Assembly (NCBI GenBank): GCA_026023565.1
Contig: JAPETS010000021.1
Location: 310,001-374,000 of the forward strand
DNA: 64,000 nt
Direction: 5' to 3'
Origin: Cirrosporium novae-zelandiae
Taxonomy: Eukaryota
The notes beneath the pieces are model-generated. The model worked only from the letters and a program-made list of their open reading frames with translations, was not told the origin of the DNA and did not search any database. Shown here piece after piece: positions 12,171 through 23,326 of this stretch; position 1 is the stretch's first letter; every line of letters starts with the position of its first letter. A program made the translations under genes and the position numbers.

Positions 12171-13924
12171 GGTGGCGGAGCTAACATGAATTTTTGGTAA
12201 GATGCGTCAATGATCAATGAGATGTTGGGATGGAATTTTTCGAGATCGAAAAACCAAGTAGCTATGAGACGCTAAGTAATGCTACTTGACTATTTCTGAA
12301 AAATACGTCTGATATCTCTTCTTTAACTTGTGCGCAAAAAGGATGTTGGAGAAGGGTTGTGGATGCCGTACGTGCGGGAAACAGCACGAGGCTTGATGGG
12401 CTGGAGGCCGGTCTTAGCGCAAGGTGGTGCTGATATCGAGTTCAGGCAGATCAATATCGGTAGATGGATAGGTTAGGACATTTGTGGTTGAGGAAAAGGG
12501 CGATGACGGATAGCAAGTTGATGGAGGGAAGTGGTGAATTTGGTGAAAAGGTATATGTGGAGAGAGGTGAGATGTGGTGCACGAAGTAATGAGGAGTGCT
12601 GTTGTCTCTTGAAGCGGAGAAGAGAGCAAGAGAGATGAGAGGCGAGACAGACGAGACGAGACGACAGGAGGGAGGAGATTGACTGGCAAGACTGGCACGA
12701 CTGGATTGTTACAGACCCAAGCCGGCTATACCCAAAACGGCAACACACTCTCAAGGACCACTCCGACCAAGGCCTCTCTCTCCAGCTGGATGAAAGGTCT
12801 ATTAACTTAGTAAATATAACTACTAATTATTGATATAATAACAATTTTTCCATTAACTGCCTACACAGTATCATCAACTATCATGTACTTGTATAATTAA
12901 TTGATTGATAATTAAGGGAAATGCCGAGGCCTGCCTGTTTTGTTGTGTTTGCCACCACACCGTCTGGACCCAAAGGCCCAAGAGCAGGATGGTTTGGAAG
13001 GGTGGAAGGGTCCTTGGGTGTTGACGGTTGAGTGGAGGAAGCGTTCCTTGGTTCCAATGGCCCTAATGGTACAGTCTATCTACAGCAAACAACGGATATC
13101 AATATGACAACACTAAAAGGTAATATCTCGTTAGATAAAAATCAATTATTTAAACCGCCTTACCTTCCATCCCATCACCGCTCATAGCCTTTGACTTTAA
13201 CTTTTCATTCCTCATGACCTTTCAGCTTCTGGACATGCCAAGCCTGCAAACTCACCATTACTTCTTCTACGTGTACGCCTTGACCTTCTCGAAGGACCTA
13301 CACATTTTCTTCTATTCTTTTCTTGCTTTTTGTTTTTTGCTATCATTTATTACTACCTAAACCAAGAATAGTCCAACTGGTAAGCCCTAGATCCAACGAG
13401 AAAATACCTAAGAGCTTGCTATTATCTTAATATTTTAATATTTCCCAACATTGAATTGGTATCAACCTTGCAATGTCTTCCGAACAGCTCATTGCTGTGC
13501 TATAGGATGAAAATATCAAAGATACTACAAGACTGCACGGTATCAAAACACCATGACCAGTTAGTGATGTGTTAGTGATGCAGATAGGAAGTGGAAAAGA
13601 AAGGAAAAAGGGGTAGGAGACTAATACCGTAATAACGAAAAATCAATAATTAACTCAAGAGTACCTTTGAGTCCTTGACGCGATGCCATGTCCCGAACAG
13701 ACTCATTTGTTCATTTGTCAGGGAGTTAGCTACCTTTTTGTGGTTAGAGGATTAAGATACTCTTAGGTTCTACGTAGATAGTTAGAACGCGTATAATTTA
13801 ATAATGTACATCAGGGGGAAATGATTGGAGAGTAGTTGATGATTTGGAATTATACCTGCACGCCATGGCAATTGATGGTACCAACTGATGATCCTGATCA
13901 GCTAGTTGATGTATGTAATAAGCA

Positions 13925-14070
13925 ATACAAGCAGTACAAGCAGTACAAGCAGTACAAGCAATACAGTAGACAGCAATCAACAAATGGCGTTATTTATCAA
14001 TTATCCTGGAGCTAGTAACAGCTCTAGTACTTCTTTCAGTGATTCTAGTAATTCTAGTAATTCTAGTAAT
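13925..14070. repeat. Short 9-bp tandem repeats (TACAAGCAG about 4 copies; ATTCTAGTA 3 copies)
   Basis: Seen directly at about 13926-13961 and 14042-14070, in the samB/G-beta divergent intergenic region. Confidence 0.7.
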
Positions 14071-14696
14071 TATTTCAGTAGCTCGACGGGGCAACTCTAT
14101 TGCCGGACTTGTTCAAACTCCTAAACTCTGCTCGGCAACCAAGCCACAAGTCGAATAGCTGCACATTCCCCCAAAGGCTCAGTGCCCTTTGCTTTTCTCA
14201 CCAATACCGAACTCCCTTACCACCTTCACCATCCTGCCTCTAAATTCTACTTCTGTTTTCACTTCTCCTTCCGCTGTGTAACTGAAGCTGAAGGTCCCCC
14301 TCGTTCACCATTTTTTTTTTACTTCTTTACCGGTTATTGGCTCTACTGTGTACGTTAATCCAGGACAGTGGATGAGGCCCTCTCCCTCAATCCATCTCGT
14401 TTGTTAATCTCGGTTCCACCCTGAACTTCGACCTCGCCTCCACCCGATTCCTACCTTTCTCTTCTATCAATCTTAACAGTTCTGGTCAGGAGTGCTATAC
14501 CCAATCTTCGCCTTCGGTTGTCAATATATCTCATCTGCTGTATTCCTACAGCTCCTGTGGGCATTCACTCCTTCCAATCGACTACTTGAATCACATACAC
14601 AAACCCTCCTCAGGATATTTCACTGTTTTCCAATCCTCCTTAGTCGCTTTCTCTTACGCCGTCAATCTACGTCAATTTAACCCCAATACGAATAGA

Positions 14697-16229
14697 ATGT
14701 CCTCTGACATGTCGGGCGAGGCAATTCAGGCCAAAATTTCAGCTGCCAGACGAGAAGCTGAGAGCTTAAAAGATCGTATCAAGCGCAAGAAAGATGAACT
14801 CGCGGATGCAACGTGTAAGATATTTGTTTTCTCCTTGACAATTGAGCCGACGCCCTAAGCACTTCTTTCATGTCCATGTTCTCCTACTTACCTTTTATCT
14901 ACAGTGAAAGATGTCGCAATGGAACACACCCAGCCCCTTGGCCGGATTGGAATGAAACCGCGTCGCACCTTGAAAGGGCATTTGGCAAAGATATATGCTA
15001 TGCACTGGTCCACTGATCGTCGCCATCTTGTTTCCGCTTCACAAGATGGAAAACTCATCATCTGGGATGCTTACACAACCAACAAAGTTCATGCTATACC
15101 ACTACGCTCTTCGTGGGTCATGACATGTGCCTATGCACCAAGTGGGAATTTTGTGGCTTGTGGGGGGCTTGATAACATCTGTTCAATATACAACCTTTCC
15201 TCGCGCGAAGGCCCAACGAGAGTAGCTCGTGAACTCTCAGGTCATTCGGGTTACTTGTCTTGCTGCCGTTTCATTAATGACCGCCGAATACTCACCTCCT
15301 CTGGCGACATGACTTGTATGCTTTGGGATATTGAAGTCGGTTCCAAATTGACGGAATACGCGGACCATCTTGGGGATGTCATGAGTATTAGCGTTAATCC
15401 CACGAATCAGAACGTTTTTGTGTCCGGGGCTTGCGATGCCTTCGCAAAACTCTGGGATGTCCGTACCGGAAAGGCCGTGCAAACCTTCGCAGGCCATGAA
15501 TCCGACATAAATGCTATTCAATTTTTCCCTGATGGAAATGCATTTGGCACTGGTTCTGATGATGCCTCGTGTAGACTGTTTGATATTCGAGCCGATCGTG
15601 AGCTCAATACATATCAGGTAAGGTTACCTTGATAGTATCACCCTTTCCCCTGTGTTATGACACCCATGATCTTTTACACCTCATTCCTTGCCATCCTTGA
15701 AATAATATGGGAACATTATTTCTTCTAACCATTTTTTTGCGGTAATTTTGAACATTTAACTGGTTCTAATTTTTACTTCATTGACATGCGACAATTCATA
15801 TGTGATAACTACTATCTTGATCTTGATGCAATTCTTTATAAATATGCGGCGCTAATGGGTAGATATAGAGCGAACAAGTCCTCTGTGGCATTACCTCGGT
15901 TGCTTTCTCCGTATCTGGACGACTACTTTTTGCAGGATATGATGATTTCGAATGCAAGGTGTGTATCTCGCTCCTTGAAAGCATCATTCTTAGCTGTTGT
16001 TGAAATACATTATATTAATTTTATGTGACTAGGTCTGGGATGTACTTCGTGGTGAGAAGGTGGGCTCACTAGCTGGACACGATAACCGTGTATCCTGCTT
16101 AGGTGTTAGTAATGATGGCATAAGTCTATGCACAGGATCTTGGGATTCTCTGGTAAGTAGTTTCATAAATAACTGGTTGATTTCTGTCACTGATTTGTTC
16201 GTATTTAGCTCAAGGTCTGGGCCTGGTAA
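14697..16229 (+). CDS. sfaD: Heterotrimeric G-protein beta subunit, 5 exons
   Basis: N-terminal coiled coil, then [36 protein letters not shown] and WD40 repeats, ending GSWDSL|LKVWAW*. Confidence 0.97.
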
Positions 16230-17573
16230 ATAAACAATGATTTTCGGAGAGTGCATGTGCGAGAGACATTTTATTTGTTTTTGCCCTTTCTTCTAGATAA
16301 GCTTCGTACTGCAGGTGATCTTGATAGTAAAGGAGTGCTCGGGGAGAGGAGAGGAGGCTTGCCAGCTGCAAACATGTTCAGTCTCGGTGGGACATTTTTG
16401 GAGCGACCAGTGTGAATGAACATTTACCTGATTGTGGCAACCTCGAATTGACCGAAGAGAAAGAGCCTCATCATGTTGCAGCTCACTTGCAATCAGATCA
16501 TGGCCTACTCAACGGCATAATATTGGCTGGGTTGGATAGTGAACGACCTTGCATTTCATATTGATAATTCACGAGTATTAGCTCGGGTGGCTTTTCATTC
16601 TGTGCTTCTGTGGTTCTCTTTGGTAACTCGATGTGCCGGCTGGGTTGGTGGATTAGGGGCATGACCAGGCTTCTGTTTGCCCTTGATATCGCGCGAATGG
16701 GAGAAGGGGAAAATTCTCTACTATAAGACGATTTGGTCCTTGGTATTTCTTTGTCACATATGTTGTGGTAGGTGCACGCTTGATCAGTCCTGATGCCAGA
16801 CCCAACAAGTGGACTTGGCAGAAAGACATGGTGATGGTACCTTTCAACTGTAATGTATGTATGACGTATTACTCACAATAAAAATAATCGAGCTATAATT
16901 CCACGGTACTGTGTACAGTATTGTGTATAATCAGATATTAATTATTTTCGAAAGTTGAAGGGTACGTGTGCTAGATTGTGTAGTGGATGTATAAGGTAAT
17001 CTATATGAATACATAACTTTCCAAGAGGAGGAATGGTTGGTGAAGTCGGCTGGATGGGTGAAGATACTATTAATAGGAGAATAGGCTAGATTCTAGAAAA
17101 TTCGTCCATGTTGCCGGATCGGGACAGATTGTTTCAGGACGCAGGCACGGTAGAGTCGGCGTGTCTTGGTGTCTCACCATTGAAGTTGAAACAACTACTC
17201 TCACCGCCAAGTATTGGGTCCCTTAATTTCCCCCAATGGCCATGTCGAACAATCTGGAATTCGGGTTTTCTGGCACCTGGACTGGGGTTGACCATGCGGC
17301 CAGCATGAAGCAACCCTGAGGCAACCCCAAGGCAAGCCCTTTAGCTTCTCACCCAGTACTTCTGGAAGACCACGACTACGTTGCCTGCTTTAACGTTCCT
17401 TGCACTTTTGTACGAATACTACCGTCTACAGCCCACTATAGCCCACTACCTCGTGACGTTACCCCGTGTTGCGCATTGTCCGGACCATTGCCCGATTTTC
17501 TTCACTAACTTATTTCCAACATACAAAACCCGACTCTTTCTTCATCTTCCTTCAAGTCCTACTTCTTCTCACC

Positions 17574-18575
17574 ATGTCTGACGCTGCTATTGACGAATTT
17601 AATCGATATATCTCGCCTCGCACAAACACATCATCTCATCCCGAAGATCGCTACACTGACGACGCCGACCAAGAATCTAACGCTTCCTCTCACCACCAAA
17701 CATTCGATAGCTCCGACGAAGATAACCTTTCCCTTCCTCAAGACTCTACCATGCCTTCTGCTACCTACACGCTCCCTTCCTCCACCTCGGTCTTTCATGC
17801 CAACACTGGCCCAAAAGGTGTGATTGCGGATGCCCACTCTTACGACCGGGCTCGGAAACGATCCTTCCGTCAGACTCTCCGCGACTTTACATCCTTCACA
17901 AATAACAATCACAAATCGGAGGCGGTTAGCACGGCAAATGCCAATCATCCAACATCTCCAGATTCCGATGACTCGGACTCGGAGTTCATGCGCACGTGGC
18001 GCGCAGCTCGGATGCGCGAGCTCCAGGATCTGGAACAGAAAAAGCAGATGGCCATGAACCAACGAAGGATGAGTCCTAGCCAGCGTACATATGGCAGCTT
18101 GGATACTGTCGACGCTGCTGGTTATCTGGATGCGGTAGAGAAGGTTCATAAAGACACTATTGTCGTTGTGATGATTTATGACGATGAAGTATGACTCCTT
18201 TCATGTTTTCTATTTTTGTTACTGACATGATAGTTCGTAGTCTGAAGGCAGTGCTAAGCTAACTCGTACTCTCACCAACCTCGCTATGTCGCATCCCACA
18301 ACGCATTTTATTCGTTTGCACCACGAAGAAGCTGAACTGGATCCTGCAGTGGTACCTGGTGTTTTGGCATATCGCGGTGGCGATATATTTGCGAACCTTG
18401 TACCCTTCGTTGAATCACTCAAGCACCAAAAGCATACACGTTTAGATGATATTGATGCCGTAGATGAGTGCTTGCAAAGGTATGTTTGGTCCTCTATTTT
18501 AGTATATGCTGGTTCTTGCAATAATACTAACAGTTGGTTTCGTTGAGGCATAACATTCTCCCACAACTTTCGTGA
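17574..18575 (+). CDS. phnA: Phosducin-like protein (G-beta-gamma chaperone), 3 exons
   Basis: ANTGPKGVIADA motif, EFMRTWRAARMREL, and a thioredoxin-like C-terminal domain (GYLDAVEK...VVMIYDDE...VPGVLAYRGGDIFANL). Confidence 0.92.
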
Positions 18576-19741
18576 TATGATAGCATCTTAATTCCATGTC
18601 TCTTAACGCCTATAAGAGCTGCTTCGGATAACTAATTGGACTTGACAATTTGATATTTCGGAAAACAAACATTCCGACTGCCAGAGACTGTCCTCCGTTC
18701 ACCTCCTCCAATATGGGCCCTCATGGGGAGGATTAAAGGAACGGTGATAACTGTTGGGTCTAGATGGCGTCAAGTCCAGTAAGGTTGATGCAGATGAGGT
18801 ATTACGGCTATTCATAGCAAATTCGAGTTGAATGTTTGGCATACACGTGTGTTCTTTGATAGCCATTCTTCTGTTTCGGTTCGATGCTTGTTTCGCCAAG
18901 TGGCAGGTTTAACCTGCATGAGATGTGCCAAAGAGTTGTCTGGGAAAGCTGGTCTGAAGGTTTCTGTGTTAATGTCGGATACCCTAGGCTAGAAATGATA
19001 TTGGTAGATGAATATATGACATGAGGCAATGGTAGCTACTTGCTAAACCCGGCGTAGTTGCAATACGACTTTAGATTCGAAAGCATTAGAACAAACAACC
19101 CTTGCAAATATTAGAACGTCTATAGGACTTGTAAACCTAACATCTGTAATTATAACTAGACAAGTTGTTTTTGGTCACCTTCATTCAAACTATCTGGGCT
19201 TGCAATGCTCCTGTTGAGGAGACTTTATCACTAGATTCAGCACAAGGAAGAAATGTGCAATAGCACTAGGAAATTACTATATCATAACATCGTTAATTAA
19301 CTAGATCTAGCCACTTTTCCTTCCACTGAATAAGCATCGAGGCTAAGCTGTATAATCCCCAATCGATAGATAATCCAGGCAAATAAGCTTTTTATGCCAT
19401 TTGCGCGCTCCGGACGCCCAGAAAAAAATACCATGATGAAAGCCTTTTAACAAGTACTGCTCCTTGTTGGGCTGTGGAACGCATGGCTAGATAATCCAGA
19501 TAACACGGCTGATAAAATAAAGGTGTATCGAAAGGTCATTTACCACCCAAGATAAAATCAAGGTATCTGGAATTCTATAAGGACTGGCCGACAGAAAGAT
19601 GGATCCAAGTCATGATAGCACTGTTCATGACTTCAGTTATTAATAGAATCCGTGATTTCTTGCAGTAGCTTTGGTTAGTAAAAGCTCGCTTGCAGCCTCG
19701 AGGGGTTTGGATGAAATACTTTAGGGGTAAAAAAGAGAATA

Positions 19742-20983
19742 TCAGGATTCCACATGACTTTGAGTAAAGTCCCAAAGCATTTTGATGAGACTATCTGGCA
19801 ATGTGTAGAGATCAACATGAAACTCGCCCTCTGATATTTATTAAAATAGTGCAATTAGTAAAGACTGTATATGAACTCAAGCAGTGGAAGTAAGAGAGAC
19901 TTACGTTCCACATCATTCTTAGTATAAGATTCTGGGGTTTTGTTATCGTGTACCATCTGAACTACTTGAAGAAGATCATCCTCTTGAAGTTTCTGCAGGT
20001 TTTCGGCGAGTTTGTCCATATCAATCTAATAGTCCATACAAAGTAGTAAGTTAGTAATCCACATAGGGGAAACCAAGTAATAGCCCCAGTGAAAAAGATA
20101 GTATTACACTTACATTTTTGTCCAATCTCTTTTTTTTTCTAGCCCCTTCATCTCCACCATGACTTTTCCTTGGCACTTTCACGCCATTTTCATCACCAGG
20201 AACAGGACCACTTTCACGTAGTGCCGCTAGAAAGGCCGGTTTGGGATTTCTAAATGTCTATTCCAGTGAGCGAGAGAGAAATATTAAATTTTCTGATTGA
20301 ATGCACCAATGAACTGATGTAGCATTATCACAAGGTATTGAGAGTCCGAGTACCACGGGAACAACCCAAACAACATGAACGGATACAACTTACAATCGTA
20401 TGCATAGCTTCATACCTGTTACTCTGAAAGTTAAGGTCGTGTGCGATTGGATAATCTCCTCCTTTTTCCGCGGCAGTAAGCACTATCTCCATGTCAAATT
20501 CGCCCCAACCCTCCTCTTGGATCATGAATGGAGGCTTCTTGAAAGCTGCCAAATAGAATAAATTCAGCATTTAGTCAAACGTGTTAACGGGTGGAAAGCA
20601 AGTATAACGCACTTTGAGTAGGGTTGGGGAAACTCGGGTGAAGTTTGTAGGTAGCCTTCTCAAATATCGTAGCAGGGATTTCATTGCCATGTTCGTTCAA
20701 GAGATATATAGATATGCTCCACCCACGAAGGGGAAACCCTTCCATCCCAGAGTCCTTATTCCTGTATGTGAATGCGACAGTCAGTATTAACGAGTCTTAG
20801 CAGGCCATGCACGAGACACGTGTACGGCAAAGGGTAAAGAAATTGTTGTGCGCACGGAAGGATGTGCTGCTCAGTGACCAGCTTGACGCTTCTCTTAACC
20901 TGCATTCAAAAATATCAGTATCAAAACGAGTGACTAGTTATAGCATTGGCTAGGATAATGGATTTGAATCTAACCTCAGGCAT
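19742..20983 (-). CDS. TAF14: YEATS-domain TFIID/TFIIF subunit Taf14, multi-exon
   Basis: VKRSVKLVTEQ, GFPLRGWSI, ATYKLHPSF, PPFMIQEEGWGEFDM, and an ET domain IDMDKLAENLQKLQEDDLLQVVQMV...GEFHVDLYTLPD. Confidence 0.93.
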
Positions 20984-21773
20984 CCTGATAGACGTAATGA
21001 AACCTGGCTTTTGGTACTGGAGCTCTAGATTTCTGGAGATTGAAAAGGGTGGTTAGAGCGTGACGGTTATTAGGCAGGTTGAATCGGGGGATATCAATAG
21101 AACTTGGCGCAACCTTGAAGTGGAAGGCCAGTGATGGGAGTAACAGCGGGGCTTTTGGTCGACTGGCTACTCAACTACACCTCGGAAGTGGGTGATTGAT
21201 TAGCGTGAAAACCAGCGGTCCCAATCAACATGTACGGTTAAAAGTACTTAACTGACAATTAAGCCCTCTAACGCTTGTCGCTTAAATTTTTAACGCTTAA
21301 CGCTTGCAATCCACTTGTTACTCTTAACTACCTAGGTACCTAGGTAGGTACTACAATACATCATCAGGGCGTAAATATTGAGAATAGTGACGAGATATTA
21401 AAACTACTCGTGTTCATATCGTAGCATATTCGAGGATTATCAAGTATTTATGCTCTCGATTATGTAAAATCCCGTATTGTTTTGTTTCTCCTGAAGATGC
21501 GATTAATCCGTCGAGGAGCATAGTTCTACTATTGAAAGCAATGCAGTCCCTCAAAAATTTCTTACAGGAGAAATTGACAGGCTTTGCTGAAAAATCTATT
21601 TCACTGCACGCAACTTTCTAGTGATCACTTCAAGTCCAGCAGTTGTGTTCTCCGCGAACCTCATCGCCATCTTTAATAATAATGAGGTATAACACAGGCT
21701 TCTGAAAAGTCTCAAAGGAATGCCATCATAGGCTCCTCCACATATTAACTGGTTGAGAAAAACTCCTAGTATC

Positions 21774-22769
21774 CTACTCGTTCGCGAAAAGCTTTTCATT
21801 CTCCTGCTGAGCTTTGATGAATGCTTCCTTGAAAAGATTGGCATCTAATAGCTACAATTTAGCAATCTTGACAGTGTCCCTAGAACTGAGTGATACTTAC
21901 TCTCACTGTTTGCAAACCTAATAGCAAGCGTTTGTGCCTCTGGTTCTCCCTCACTTACATCGGCGGCCGCATTCCAGACCCAACTTCGGTCACTTCCTAC
22001 GTTCGGGGAAAGCTTCATATCGGGAACGACTATTCAATTAAGATCTAAAGTTAGATATAACAGAAAAAAATATATGTCAGACCAAACTTACCGTAATGAT
22101 TAGCACACACTTTGAGAGTTTTGTCCCTTCGCATAACGAGTCTTGTTTTCTGGTTTTCTTTATGCTTCAAGAGTCTGACGTCGCCCGTGCCACGCTCCTT
22201 CCACTCTCTAGTATCGCGATCAAACTTGAACAGTTTAGCCCTCATCTTGAAGGTTTGTTCCTCAAGCTCTTCGTTTGTCTTTGTTTCGATCTTTTCGGTT
22301 AGATGGATTACAGGTTCAAAATGTACATCTGGAGACTCTGGGGCCTCATCCTACAGCAAAACAGAACATCGTTAGCATAAAGGAAAGAAAGGTTTCATAC
22401 TCCGTTGGTTCTTACCTCGCCTGCGCCTTCCTCCTTTTGTGCTTTAGAAGATCCTGATGGCTCATTTGTGACTTCTGCCTGCTCCTTCTTCTCCTTCTTC
22501 GCACCGCCACCGAACATGGAGAAAACGCTGTCCTTCACACCTGTAGCAGTACTTGTAGCCGTGGATGCAGCTGTAGCGGCCAACTCCGCCGCACCTGTAG
22601 TAGGTGGTTCTACTGTGTCTGTGGTGTCATTCGCCTTAGATTCTGTGGGCTTTGACTCGCTCTGTGGACTTTTGTTTGTCATGTCGGCTTCAGTTGGTGT
22701 GGGCTGGGATTCTGCAGGGGCGACTTGCTCCGAGGCCGGATCTGGATTGAGATCTGAGGTGGCAGACAT
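21774..22769 (-). CDS. YRB1: Ran-binding protein 1 (RanBP1), multi-exon
   Basis: [47 protein letters not shown]...[26 protein letters not shown]. Confidence 0.95.
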
Positions 22770-23326
22770 GATCGAAGATCAGTTAAAAGGATATAAAGAT
22801 GACAAACTACAATTTCTGAGGGGTAAAAGTGGTTTGAATCTATCGAGATGTGGTGTTAGTGGGGTTGCCTAACACTCTGTGAGTTGTCGTTCGTCCAAAG
22901 CCGATTTAGCGTGGGCTTATCAAACCAAGCAAACTCGCACTAAAGTACAACAGCGAAAACCCATATAATAGCGGGGTGATACCCAGATTCATGACCCAAA
23001 ATCTGTAATCAATACACAGTACAAAGTACATAGAGTAAGTAATGCCATCTGTTACTACATAATTTATGAAAGAAGTCTATTGCAATGATCAAATACTCAT
23101 ACATTTAATATTAGGTCATAATGGCATTGGCATAGCTTATGCACATAAAATATCTATCGATAAGCTAACAGCCAAGCAAACCTCGGTCGTTCAAAGCCCA
23201 GAAAACCAAACACCTGACCTTCCCCTCCATAAATCTGTAACATTCAGCGCCTTTGAGGGTTCCAATATCTTTAACACCCATAACACCTATAGTTCCAAAG
23301 CGTCCATAATTCATGTGTACTGATTA

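Noticed and set aside
12414..12754. Ser/Leu-rich ORFs upstream of samB
   Set aside because: Translation of a pyrimidine-rich leader containing GAGAC microrepeats; no coding evidence.
13906..14124. Ser/Thr-rich ORF and CRISPR-like appearance of the repeats
   Set aside because: Simple 9-bp tandem repeats without spacers in a eukaryotic intergenic region.
15618..15868. Long G-beta intron as a possible snoRNA host
   Set aside because: No convincing C/D box pair or H/ACA hairpin could be identified by eye.
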